From NCBI GenBank assembly GCA_041483895.1, contig JBGPGO010000002.1, positions 32,001-96,000 on the forward strand: a DNA stretch of 64,000 nucleotides. The letters are read 5' to 3'. Positions 38,982 to 48,510 of the stretch are shown piece by piece. The notes beneath the pieces were generated by a model. It was not told where the DNA came from. It saw only the letters and a list, made by a program, of their open reading frames with translations, and did not search any database. Origin of the DNA: Fimbriimonadia bacterium. Its GTDB lineage: Bacteria; Armatimonadota; Fimbriimonadia; Fimbriimonadales; JABRVX01. A program made the translations under genes and the position numbers. Position 1 is the stretch's first letter; each line of letters begins with the position of its first letter.

Positions 38982-40097
38982 ATGGTTCGAATTGCCATTC
39001 TTGGCTGCCTCATGTTCCTCACACTGCCCGCTCATGCAACCGATGTCGGAATTCTTGGCAAGAGCCGCATGAACGGTGACGCCAACAACATCCAAAACGG
39101 GGAGCTGATGTCGTCGTTTCGCAAAATCTGGGAGGGATACGGCGCGCAGTGGAAACAGACGACGGACATAACGGACGCGTTCTTGGGAACGGTATCGGTG
39201 TTCGTCACCGGCAATATCTCGACGCAGCGGTTCACAGCGCAAGAGCAGGACGCGGTCACCAAATGGGTTCGGGGCGGAGGCACTCTTGTGGTTATCGGGG
39301 AGTGCGGCTGCACAGGCAACGAATACGCCTACAACGATCTTTTGCGGCATTTCGGCGTTCATCTGGACGGCGATACTCCCTATGGCGATGGCCACGTCCT
39401 TACCGCGCACCCTTTGACGAGCAATCTCTTCACCGTCTACTTCGGCAAGAACGGTCACCTAACCGGACCGGATTCGAACATTCCTCTGCTGACCGACCCT
39501 GCGGAGAACCTGGCCGCCTTGGTGCTGGAAGGCACGCCGGAAGTAGGGAAGGGGCGTCTGTTCGTCGTTGCCGACACGGATATGTTCAATACGGTTGTCT
39601 TGGAGCGGCATCCCGAAAATCAGTTTTTCGCCCGAAACATCGCCAAATGGGCAATGCACGCGAAAAATGTAGTGTCGGGCCGCGTCTTGCTGGATGAGTG
39701 TGAGGGGCTTCCGGCCAATATTGAGATCACCATTCATCTTGTAGGCGATGGCATCATCGAGGCCGCAACAACAACGCTGGATGGCGAGGGACGCTATCGA
39801 GTCGAGTTCGAACACGACGGGGCGTTCGATGTCGTCGCGCATGTTGACGGATGGCTTTCGAAAAGGCGCGCCGCCCTCACGGTGTTAGGGAAGGTCACAG
39901 TGGATTGGGAATTCGACACCGCCGGCGATTTCGATAATGATGACGCCATCGATGCCGGCGATCTTGTGGCAGCCATCACGACATTCGAACCGCGGACCGG
40001 AGCCAGAACTGTCGCCCTCGTCATGGCCAACTTCGGCCTTAACGATCGGCATCTCGATCTGGACGGCGACGGCGAGATCAATATTTATCGGGGTTAG
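38982..40097 (+). CDS. Secreted GATase-like protein (paralog 3) with CGC motif and degenerate dockerin-like tail
   Basis: GGTLVVIGECGCTGNE; GDFDNDDAIDAGDL, DLDGDGEINI. Confidence 0.85.
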   Translation: MVRIAILGCLMFLTLPAHATDVGILGKSRMNGDANNIQNGELMSSFRKIWEGYGAQWKQTTDITDAFLGTVSVFVTGNISTQRFTAQEQDAVTKWVRGGGTLVVIGECGCTGNEYAYNDLLRHFGVHLDGDTPYGDGHVLTAHPLTSNLFTVYFGKNGHLTGPDSNIPLLTDPAENLAALVLEGTPEVGKGRLFVVADTDMFNTVVLERHPENQFFARNIAKWAMHAKNVVSGRVLLDECEGLPANIEITIHLVGDGIIEAATTTLDGEGRYRVEFEHDGAFDVVAHVDGWLSKRRAALTVLGKVTVDWEFDTAGDFDNDDAIDAGDLVAAITTFEPRTGARTVALVMANFGLNDRHLDLDGDGEINIYRG

Positions 40098-40849
40098 GCG
40101 TTTTCGTAGCTGTTGTTGCCGGCCCTGTCTTCGCCGCGCACGAGATACATTTTATGGTTTTCGTAATATCCGGTCCGATGCAGCTTCGTCGAGGCGGGCA
40201 TCATGCGCATCGTGTATCCGGCGCGCCGTTGATGAGAACGGTTGGGGTTGGAACCGTGAATCAGATATGGATCGTGCAAAGAAAACTCACCCATCTGCAG
40301 GGCGCAATCCACGGATTTTGATTCATCCACGATACCGTCGGGAAGGCCGAGGTGCAAGACGCTTACCTCAGTGTCCTTGTCTTCGTGGTCGATGGGGCCT
40401 TTCGTGTGCGTTCCCGGAATGAATTTCATGCAGCCGTTATCGCAACTCGCGTTGTCCAGCGCCAGCCAGACAGTGAGTATCTCCATCGGTTCCATCGGCC
40501 AGAAGATGCCGTCCTGATGCCAGGGAACCAGGTGGCCCTCCTTTTCCGCCTTCACCAGTAGGTGGCTGGAAAACAGAACGATGTTAGGGCCGATGAACTT
40601 CTCCACCGCGTCCAACAGTTTCGGGGTGGTGCACAGCTTGTACATGAATTCGTCATGCACGTGGATGCTGTTCATGCGCTCCGGCCATTCGCCTTCCGGC
40701 AGGTTGGCCATCAAATAGTCCACGTGCGCGCGGGCTTCGGTGAGCTCCTGGTCGCTTAGCACCTGGCCGAATAGGGCGTAACCTTTCCGGCGATATTCGT
40801 CAACGTCGGCCTGGTTTATATGGGCGGGGTCGATTTTTGTTGTTTGCAT
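40094..40849 (-). CDS. Phytanoyl-CoA dioxygenase family Fe(II)/2OG oxygenase
   Basis: PWHQDG, TVWLALD...NGCMKFIPGTH, HGSNPNRS. Confidence 0.9.
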   Translation of the reverse strand: MQTTKIDPAHINQADVDEYRRKGYALFGQVLSDQELTEARAHVDYLMANLPEGEWPERMNSIHVHDEFMYKLCTTPKLLDAVEKFIGPNIVLFSSHLLVKAEKEGHLVPWHQDGIFWPMEPMEILTVWLALDNASCDNGCMKFIPGTHTKGPIDHEDKDTEVSVLHLGLPDGIVDESKSVDCALQMGEFSLHDPYLIHGSNPNRSHQRRAGYTMRMMPASTKLHRTGYYENHKMYLVRGEDRAGNNSYENA

Positions 40850-40852
40850 CTG

Positions 40853-41887
40853 TTATTTGCCCTGCGAAAAGCTGAACGGCGTGATCTTCTTTCCCTCGCT
40901 CGTAAAGCTGATCTGCCTTGACTTGCCGTTTGCGGTCAGACCAATGATATACGTCGTTTTGGGATTGGTGAGTGCCACGAATTTCAACTCCGCGTGGTCT
41001 TCCATCTGCTTTGCAGACTTGATGGTGGAGTTCGGCAGTTTTGCGCCAATCGCATCGCGCACCGCCTTCGGCAACTCGGCCTCGGATATTTTCCGATCGT
41101 AATCGAGGATATCTCCGTCCGGCGTCGCGTGGGCCTCCTTGACGCTGCCGTGCCAAGGAAATTCCACCTCATAAGAAAGAACAGACATCTCGCCCGTACC
41201 GTCGTCATAGCCAACGGATTCCACGGCCTGCACAAGCGCGCCGGGATAGGCGGCCTTCACGCAATCGACGGCCTTCCGCTGCTCTTTCGGCACCTGGATC
41301 TCTTTGGGTGTCGACGCGCTGCTCTTCTCTGCGGCCTCTTCCGCCTTTTCACCGCCCTCGTTCTCAGCACCCAACTGCTGCTGGCTTGAGATCGTGCCAT
41401 CTGGCCGGGCCACGATCAGATAGGACTTGCCGGATTGGGTTGCCTGAATCATATAGTATTTGGTCGGCGACTGCAGCGATACATATTTCAGAGTTGCGCG
41501 AGTTTCTTGCCGTTCGTAGGTGGTCACCTTCGAGCCGTTCGCTTCTTTCGAGATTCCCTTTGCGACGGCAGCCGGCAGATCGCCGGCTGAAATTCTCTGC
41601 TTTAGCTTCATTATGAGACCGTCTGGGGTGATGGGGACTTCCCCGGCGACGCCGCCAAGTTCGTAGCGAATCGTCCAAAAGAGCGGCGATCCATCAGCCG
41701 CTTCAGCGCCAAAATTTTTCGGTGCTTCCACTCCCTTAAGCGTCGCGCCAGGGAGCGCCTTATGAAATGCGTTGACTGCGGCTTCCGATCCCGGTGGATT
41801 CTGGATCGGCGATTGTCTTGCCGCGCAGGTCGAAATCACGGCAGATAAAGCCACCAACGAAGCTCCGGTCATCAATGAAATGCGCAT
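40853..41887 (-). CDS. Secreted protein with two PepSY/BLIP-like repeats
   Basis: Signal peptide; duplicated TPDG...IS..[DE]LP.AV...LK[YF]V.L..P. Confidence 0.65.
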   Translation of the reverse strand: MRISLMTGASLVALSAVISTCAARQSPIQNPPGSEAAVNAFHKALPGATLKGVEAPKNFGAEAADGSPLFWTIRYELGGVAGEVPITPDGLIMKLKQRISAGDLPAAVAKGISKEANGSKVTTYERQETRATLKYVSLQSPTKYYMIQATQSGKSYLIVARPDGTISSQQQLGAENEGGEKAEEAAEKSSASTPKEIQVPKEQRKAVDCVKAAYPGALVQAVESVGYDDGTGEMSVLSYEVEFPWHGSVKEAHATPDGDILDYDRKISEAELPKAVRDAIGAKLPNSTIKSAKQMEDHAELKFVALTNPKTTYIIGLTANGKSRQISFTSEGKKITPFSFSQGK

Positions 41888-42069
41888 GTTGTCCTTCTGC
41901 CTACGGGTTACCCGAACATTACCTAGTATACATGGATTCCCGTTGTAGACGCGGGTCGTCTTGGCAACTGTTCTGGAATGAGACAACCATGACCCGCGTT
42001 TTGGAGGTCGGCATTCGACGCGGGCCACGGTGGTTGACATTTGGGACCATTCAGCAAGACGACCCGCGT

Positions 42070-42200
42070 CTACCGTTCGACTGCCTTCAACACATTCAGT
42101 TCAGCCACAGTGATCCATGTGTTGCCGGTCAGATCGCTGAGAGCGCGGAGGCGGATGAAACGACCACTTTTAAATTCGATCCGACCGAAGGTACGATTCG
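42070..42200 (-). pseudogene. Remnant of F5/8 type C (discoidin) domain C-terminus
   Basis: GRFIRLRALSDLTGNTWITVAELNVL resembles discoidin terminal strands; no credible start. Confidence 0.45.
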
Positions 42201-42310
42201 CGTATGCAGTCTGAAAGGGTTCTTCGAACCGCACATTTGACCGATATTCACGTCCAACCGGAACGCAACGCAGGTGCGGGGATGCCGGCGTTACGTGATA
42301 TGATGAAGCC

Positions 42311-42661
42311 ATGAAAGCCGCCATGCCACTGCTCTTCGCCGCCAATCCCGCCGCGGCCCAGGCCTACGAAACCCTCGCAACCGCGCTTGGCAAGATCGGC
42401 CCATACACCGTGGAAGAAAAGAAGACGTCCCTGCACATCGTCGCTGGCCGAGCGGCGTTTCTTGGTGTTCATCCCCGCAAGAACGGCCTCCGCCTTAACA
42501 TCGTCCTGTCCCGCGAACTTCATAGCGATCGAATCGTCAAATTGGAACAGCCGTCCAAGACTACGTTTCATAACGAAATAGAGCTCAGAGCAGGCGAAGA
42601 TATCGATGGGGAGCTGGAGGCCTGGATACAGGAGGCATACCACCGAGTTGGAGGAAGCTGA
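42311..42661 (+). CDS. DUF5655 family protein
   Basis: EEKKTSLH..GRAAFLGVHP, EDIDGELEAWIQEAY. Confidence 0.8.
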   Translation: MKAAMPLLFAANPAAAQAYETLATALGKIGPYTVEEKKTSLHIVAGRAAFLGVHPRKNGLRLNIVLSRELHSDRIVKLEQPSKTTFHNEIELRAGEDIDGELEAWIQEAYHRVGGS

Positions 42662-42758
42662 TTGGCCCGGGCCGGCGTTTGCGGATTGGAACTAAGCACC
42701 CCAAAAGGCTGAGCGCCAGTGCCATAATGAATCATCCTGACAATTGGGAGGTGCAGCC

Positions 42759-43244
42759 ATGTTGAGAAAAGTTATCGTTCTGAGCGCGGTCGCGCTCTTC
42801 GTCGTTGCAAATGCCGGACCTGCAGTGCCAAAGGAATGGAAGCAACGATACAACTCTCTGATGGGGACAATCAATAAGAAGGATGTCGCGTCGTTCAAGA
42901 AGTCGTTCGATGAGAGTTTCGTTACGATTGACGACAAAGGAAAGCAGTCCAGCCGCGATGAGTTCTTCCAAATGGTCGATGGCCTGATGGCGAACGCAAA
43001 GTCGGTCAAGACGAAAGAAAAGCTCCTGAGCGTCAAGACCCAAGGGGACACGGTGGACGTGAGCTTCGACTTCAGCATGACGGTGAAACACACGCCGTCC
43101 GGTTCGACAAAGGTCCATGAGGTCGGGGTTGACACGTGGAAGAAGGTCGGCGGCGTCTGGAAGATAATCAAAACGGTTGACAAAACGATGACAACGACCG
43201 AATCCAAGCCGAAAGCCAAGATCGCCAAGAAGGGCGGCGGCTAG
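42759..43244 (+). CDS. Secreted NTF2-like (DUF4440) protein
   Basis: Signal peptide; DTWKKVGGVWKI; RBS GGAGG. Confidence 0.75.
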   Translation: MLRKVIVLSAVALFVVANAGPAVPKEWKQRYNSLMGTINKKDVASFKKSFDESFVTIDDKGKQSSRDEFFQMVDGLMANAKSVKTKEKLLSVKTQGDTVDVSFDFSMTVKHTPSGSTKVHEVGVDTWKKVGGVWKIIKTVDKTMTTTESKPKAKIAKKGGG

Positions 43245-43354
43245 TGCCATTTCGGGTTCAATTCGCGACCGCTCTGCCTGGGCAGGGCGGTTCGTTTTCT
43301 TGCGCGGCGTAGCGATTCGCAATCCCGGACCGTATAATGGATGAGGGGGATCGA

Positions 43355-43783
43355 ATGAGAAAAGTACTTCTGGTTACGGTCTTATTGGCGGGATTGGCGG
43401 GGTGCGGCCCGAAAGCCCCTGGACCCAGGGGATCGGTTGAGTCCGGTCCGATCGCGTGGATGAGCAGTTTTGACGCGGCGAAGACCAAGGCGGATAAGGA
43501 ACATAAGCTGCTGCTGGTGGATTTCTATGCGACCTGGTGCGGGCCGTGCAAAGAGATGAAAGAGACCACCTGGAAGAGCCCAAAGGTGATTGAGAAGGCA
43601 GCGGCGTTCGTTCCGGTCGAGGTGGACGTCGATCAGAATTCGTCGCTGGCCAATCAGTACAGCATCAGCGGCATCCCAGCCGTGGTGATTCTCCGTCCGG
43701 ACGGCACGGAAGTGGACCGGCGGGAAGGCATGCGCGAAGCCCCCGAGATCGGCAAATGGCTCGACGAAGTAGCCTCAAAGTAA
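43355..43783 (+). CDS. Thioredoxin-family lipoprotein
   Basis: Lipobox LAGC; VDFYATWCGPCK; GIP cis-Pro. Confidence 0.9.
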   Translation: MRKVLLVTVLLAGLAGCGPKAPGPRGSVESGPIAWMSSFDAAKTKADKEHKLLLVDFYATWCGPCKEMKETTWKSPKVIEKAAAFVPVEVDVDQNSSLANQYSISGIPAVVILRPDGTEVDRREGMREAPEIGKWLDEVASK

Positions 43784-43894
43784 TGCCGGCATCCTGCCGG
43801 CATTATTCCAGCCCTTATAGGACGTATAGGTCGTATAGGTCGTATAGGTCCTATGCGGCTAGTGTCATCAATGCCGGCAGGATGCCAGCGTTAC
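43780..43894. repeat. REPIN-like inverted REP pair with internal 9-bp tandem repeat (TATAGGTCG-like x4)
   Basis: GTAATGCCGGCATCCTGCCGGC ... GCCGGCAGGATGCCAGCGTTAC; ends overlap both convergent stop codons. Confidence 0.8.
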
Positions 43895-45591
43895 GATTTG
43901 AGCAGTTCGCGGGCGTGGTCCAACGCGACCTGCGCGACCGCGGAACCACCGAGCATCCGGGCGAGAGCCGCAACCCGCGCCTCCCCCTCCAACCGCGAGA
44001 GCGAAACATGCGTCGCGCCGTCTTGCGCGCGCTTCTCCACGTCGAAGTGCTCGTCCGCCAGCCCGGCGATCTGCGGCAGATGCGTGATCACGATCACCTG
44101 GCTGTGCTTGGATAGCTCCCGCAGCTTTGCTCCCACCACCGTGGCCGTCTGGCCACCCAACCCGCCATCGATCTCATCGAACACCAGCGTCGGCGCGGGG
44201 CTCGCGCCCGCCAAAACGCACCGGAGCGCCAGCATAACTCGTGACATCTCGCCGCCGGAAGCGATTTTGGTGAGCGGCTGGGGCGGATGACCGGGGTTGG
44301 CGGAGAACAGGAACTCGATTGCCTCGGCCCCGGTCGAATCCGGCGCCTTCGGAGCGAGCGAAACCTCAAACGAGGCGCTTTCCATTGCCAGCTCCCTCAA
44401 CTGACTTGCAATGGCGGTGGCGAACTGCTTGGAGGCCTTTTTTCGCAAAGCGGATAGCTTGTCCGCGAATTCTAAAACCAGCGCCGACTGCTTCTGCTCG
44501 GATCCGAGCAACGCCGTCATCGTCTCTTCGTTGGCCTCCAGTTCGGCAAGGGCAACACGTGTCTTCGATCCGTAGGCAAGAACCTCTTCGATGGTCGCGC
44601 CGTATTTTCGCTTTAGCCGCCCAATGAGATCGAGCCGATCCGCGACCATCTGCAGCCGTTCCGGATCAAATTCCAGCGTGCCCAAATACTGTTCGAGGGA
44701 GGAATGAGCCTCTTGAATATGGATAATCGCCGATTGAATCTGCTCGGCGATCGATTGCATCGCATCGTCCAATTGCGCGGCTCGATCCAGCGCGGCTTCG
44801 GCGGAAGACAATGCCTCGCTTTCGCTCATTGCCGCAATGGCCGCCCCAACCTCGGTGGCCAGTTTTTCGGCGTTCAGCATCCGTTTGCGATCGGCGTTCA
44901 GTGTGACCTCTTCCGCCGGAACCAATTCCGCCCCATCAATCTCTTCCACTTCGTAACGATACAGGTCGATCAGGCGCTCCCTCTCCCGTGACCGCCCTTC
45001 CAACTCCTCGATATGCGATCGGGTCGCCCGAAGCTCGGCGCAGACGGCAGCCAGTTTCTGGCGCAATTGTGAGGCTTCGGGGCCGATCCAGGCGTCCAGC
45101 AGATCGCGATGGGCGCTGGGCCGGACGAGCGACTGGTGCTCGTGCTGGCCGTGCAGGTCAACAAGCAGTTCTCCTACGCTCTTCGCGACGGATGCCTGGA
45201 CGGGCCGCGCGTTGATGCGGCACTGGGACCGCCCTTCGGCGATCTCTCTCGCCAGGTACAGGCAGCCGTCTTCCAACTCGATTCCATGATCGTAAAGAAG
45301 CGAGGAAGAATCGGACCGATCGGACAAATCGGACTGATTCGTCCGATCGGTCCGATCTGTCCGATGCGTCCGATTTCCCCCCAAGTCGAAAACCGCCGTA
45401 ATCACGCACTTCGCAGCGCCGGTGCGGATGAACGCGCTTTCCGCCCGATCGCCCAGTGCCAACCCGATGGCATCCACGACCAGGGACTTTCCTGCGCCCG
45501 TCTCGCCGGTGATTGCGATGAGCCGGCCCGAAAACTCGATTCGCGCCGACTCGATGATCGCCAGATTCTCGACTGAGATTTCTCGAAGCAT
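43891..45591 (-). CDS. recN: DNA repair protein RecN
   Basis: TGETGAGKS Walker A, LHGQHEHQ, IASGGEMSR, VFDEID, ITHLPQIA. Confidence 0.96.
   Translation of the reverse strand: MLREISVENLAIIESARIEFSGRLIAITGETGAGKSLVVDAIGLALGDRAESAFIRTGAAKCVITAVFDLGGNRTHRTDRTDRTNQSDLSDRSDSSSLLYDHGIELEDGCLYLAREIAEGRSQCRINARPVQASVAKSVGELLVDLHGQHEHQSLVRPSAHRDLLDAWIGPEASQLRQKLAAVCAELRATRSHIEELEGRSRERERLIDLYRYEVEEIDGAELVPAEEVTLNADRKRMLNAEKLATEVGAAIAAMSESEALSSAEAALDRAAQLDDAMQSIAEQIQSAIIHIQEAHSSLEQYLGTLEFDPERLQMVADRLDLIGRLKRKYGATIEEVLAYGSKTRVALAELEANEETMTALLGSEQKQSALVLEFADKLSALRKKASKQFATAIASQLRELAMESASFEVSLAPKAPDSTGAEAIEFLFSANPGHPPQPLTKIASGGEMSRVMLALRCVLAGASPAPTLVFDEIDGGLGGQTATVVGAKLRELSKHSQVIVITHLPQIAGLADEHFDVEKRAQDGATHVSLSRLEGEARVAALARMLGGSAVAQVALDHARELLKS
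45309..45375. repeat. Palindromic 9-mer array (ATCGGAC x3 / GTCCGAT x4) inserted in frame in recN
   Basis: Encodes NRTHRTDRTDRTNQSDLSDRSD. Confidence 0.8.
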
Positions 45592-45647
45592 CTTCTGGGA
45601 GTTTAACATATATCGGCGATGTTTGGTTAGAGTGATACAATGCGAGT

Positions 45648-47096
45648 GTGAATGCTGAACCCAAATCCAAACGATGGGGCCAGAAGCGGCTGCGCCGCAA
45701 CCCGCAGACCCGCAGCCTGACGTTGCGGCTTCGGGAAAGGCGGGAACGCCAACAAAAAGGTCTCATGTATGCGACCATGATTTTCGCCGCGTCCTGCATC
45801 TTCGCGATCCTATATCAACAGATAGGCCTTCTGCTCGTTGGCGCGGCAATGGCGTTCACCATCTTTGCAGTGAATCTGGGCAACAGCTTGCGGGATGTGC
45901 TAAAGGGATATTGGTATGGCGAAGATCCGGATTCTGTTGGCGAATTGGCAATCGCATACCAAAACGTTACCGATCGGCATCTGGTGTTGCCGTTGCTAAA
46001 GCGGCAACTTCCCAAAGCACCGCGTCTGCTTCATAGCACCTTCTCGATCGAAGAGCTGCTCGCGATGCAGAAGTTGGTCCTGTCTACCGATGCGGAGCTG
46101 GCTCTGCTTGCCATCGAGGCGCTTGTGTATGTCGGCGACGAAGACTCGCTGATCTTCCTAACCGCCGCGGCAGATTGGGATGACGACGTGGGTAAAGCCG
46201 CAGGGAAGGCCGTACCAAGATTGAGGGCAAATATCGAGGCGGCCCGCGATGAAAACCGGCTGCTCCGGGCAGCGGAGAGGCCCCCGGGCGATAATCCGGA
46301 ATCTCTGCTCCGACCCGCCGGTATGGATGTTACCCCGGTGGCCGAACTGCTGCGGAAACCACCGGCTCAGGAGAATTGGGTCACACTCATGAATGACAAT
46401 GCGCGTGATTCGGTATGGATTCGCCGTCTGAGGACGAGGCGGAGAAGAGAGTCGTTATACTGCTCCTTCACCGCTATCATGATACTTGCCACGGCCTATT
46501 CCTGGATCATTTTGCGAGAGTTTTATCTTGGATGGTATTTTGTAGTGGCGGCGATATTTCTTGGGGCGGCTTTCCAATGGCGACGCGTAGGGGAGATTGT
46601 GAATAACCAACAGTTGGCAAACGATCCGAACGCTATTGGCGAGTTGGCGAGAGCATATCGAAATCCGATGGATCGCCGGTACGTGGTCCCAATTCTGAAG
46701 CGTCTCCTGCCAGAAGCACACCTGCATGAAAGCACCCATCTTTCCGAAAGCGAACTTGCTTCCATCGTTGCGCTTACCCATTCTAGAGACGAACAGCTGT
46801 CGTTGCTGGTAGTTGGCGCATTGGAGCGATGGAGCAATGACCGCGCCTTGGCATGCCTTCGGTCGCTGGCACAAAGGAAGGATATTGTCGGCGAGGCGGC
46901 GGCGAGGGCGGCGGAGCATCTGTCGGAGCAGTTGGAAAAGGAAAAGGAGACCAATCGCTTGCTGCGAGCCTCTGTTGAGCCCAATGTGACCGACGAACTG
47001 CTGCGTCCGGTCCAAGATGAGGCCATGGCCGCGGATGAGTTGTTGCGAAGCCCGGAGGAAGAGCGACCAGGAGACTCCCAACCGGAAGCGTATTGA
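45648..47096 (+). CDS. Membrane protein with two tandem 2TM + HEAT-like + 'LLR..ELLR' modules
   Basis: Two copies of DP..[VI]GELA.AY...PxLKR.LP ... NRLLRA...LLRP...ELLR. Confidence 0.75.
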   Translation: MNAEPKSKRWGQKRLRRNPQTRSLTLRLRERRERQQKGLMYATMIFAASCIFAILYQQIGLLLVGAAMAFTIFAVNLGNSLRDVLKGYWYGEDPDSVGELAIAYQNVTDRHLVLPLLKRQLPKAPRLLHSTFSIEELLAMQKLVLSTDAELALLAIEALVYVGDEDSLIFLTAAADWDDDVGKAAGKAVPRLRANIEAARDENRLLRAAERPPGDNPESLLRPAGMDVTPVAELLRKPPAQENWVTLMNDNARDSVWIRRLRTRRRRESLYCSFTAIMILATAYSWIILREFYLGWYFVVAAIFLGAAFQWRRVGEIVNNQQLANDPNAIGELARAYRNPMDRRYVVPILKRLLPEAHLHESTHLSESELASIVALTHSRDEQLSLLVVGALERWSNDRALACLRSLAQRKDIVGEAAARAAEHLSEQLEKEKETNRLLRASVEPNVTDELLRPVQDEAMAADELLRSPEEERPGDSQPEAY

Positions 47097-47103
47097 TTCT
47101 GTC

Positions 47104-47775
47104 GTGGCAAGCCTGACAACGAAGCTGCGGGATCGCCGAACCGTTAGCGACAAGGGCGTCATGCTCATCGCCTGGATCGTCCTCGCCACCGTATTGACCG
47201 CCTGCTTGCTGGAAGAGCCCCTCTATCTTCTGATCGCCTGCCTGCTTTGCCCGGTTGTTCTGACGACCCATTGGGGTGAATCCCTCTCGGATATCTTCGA
47301 CCAGTTTTGGCGGGAGGAGGAGCCGATGGCCGCCGGACCGCTGGCAGTCTGCTACCAACAGGAATCGTCTCGGAAGCCGGTCGCGGACGCTTTGAAAAGG
47401 TGCCTGGCGCGGGCGCCTCTGATGGAACCGAGCGAAGTGCCGGCCACCGAGCGGCAGGCAATCCAGAGTTTAGCGATGTCCGCCGATCGAGAGATGGTCC
47501 GGCTTGCCGTTTTCGCAATCGGCTACATTGGGGACGAATCCTGCCTATTTTTCCTGAAGCATTTGGCGGCGCGGCCGGATGAAATCGGTGCGGTTGCGCG
47601 GGAATCGGCAGACCGATTGAGCGTTATGCTGCTGGAGCATCGGCAGAGCACGCGGCTGCTTCGGGCCGGGGAAAAGCCGTTTGGTCACGATGAGGAGAAT
47701 CTGCTTCGTCCGACGCGGTTGACCCTCACGCCGACGCGGCAACTGTTGCGGTCGCGGGAGAATCGGAGTCAATGA
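47104..47775 (+). CDS. 2TM + HEAT-like 'LLR' module protein (start uncertain)
   Basis: Paralogous: AGPLAVCY, AIGYIGDE, RLLRAGEKP..NLLRP..QLLR. Confidence 0.7.
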   Translation: MASLTTKLRDRRTVSDKGVMLIAWIVLATVLTACLLEEPLYLLIACLLCPVVLTTHWGESLSDIFDQFWREEEPMAAGPLAVCYQQESSRKPVADALKRCLARAPLMEPSEVPATERQAIQSLAMSADREMVRLAVFAIGYIGDESCLFFLKHLAARPDEIGAVARESADRLSVMLLEHRQSTRLLRAGEKPFGHDEENLLRPTRLTLTPTRQLLRSRENRSQ

Positions 47776-48464
47776 AACCGATCCTGCCTCGGATTTCGGC
47801 GAGCCAACTGCGCGAACGGCGGGTTAGGATTGGGCTCTGGGGAGGATTTTGGTCGGGACTATTTCTCTTCATCTTCATAATGAGCCGCGCTTTTCGGCTG
47901 CCATATCTTATGCTGTTGGACCTGCCCATCATTTTACTAGCGCTTTTCCGAATACTGCCTTTTGGCGCGCCTGGGGGAGGATCGTCAATCGACCCTCAAT
48001 ATCAGGGCACCAATACCGGATTGAGTTTTTTCCCGAAGGAAGATGTCGACTGTCCCGATCCCAAGGCCATCGGAGAGTTGGCGATCGCCTATCACGATCC
48101 CACCGCCAGAGATCGCGTGATCCCGCTCCTAAAGCAGTTGTTGCCGAGGGCAAACGAAGTGCATCCCGCGGACCTGGAATTCAACGAGCGCAATGCGCTG
48201 GACTCCCTCGTCCTTGCCCCGGATCGGGAGTTGGCATTTCTCGCCATAGACGCGTTGGTTTATGTCGGGGATGGGGGGTCCGTAGATGCCCTATCTTTTG
48301 CGATCACCTCCGAGCCGGAGCTGGCGATGGCCGCTGCCACAGCCAGAGTTCGGTTAATCGAGCGGATACGGGCGGAAAAGGAGAGCGCGACGCTGCTCCG
48401 CCGCAGCCAGCCCGACGCTATGAACCCCGATGAACTCCTTCGCCGTCCAGATGTTCAACTCTAG
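47772..48464 (+). CDS. 2TM + HEAT-like 'LLR' module protein
   Basis: DPKAIGELAIAY, ALVYVGD, TLLRRS..DELLRRP; ATGA overlap. Confidence 0.75.
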   Translation: MKPILPRISASQLRERRVRIGLWGGFWSGLFLFIFIMSRAFRLPYLMLLDLPIILLALFRILPFGAPGGGSSIDPQYQGTNTGLSFFPKEDVDCPDPKAIGELAIAYHDPTARDRVIPLLKQLLPRANEVHPADLEFNERNALDSLVLAPDRELAFLAIDALVYVGDGGSVDALSFAITSEPELAMAAATARVRLIERIRAEKESATLLRRSQPDAMNPDELLRRPDVQL

Positions 48465-48510
48465 CCAACCTGGGTAAAATGGCCGACGTGCGGGAAGGGA
48501 GCGAAAACAA

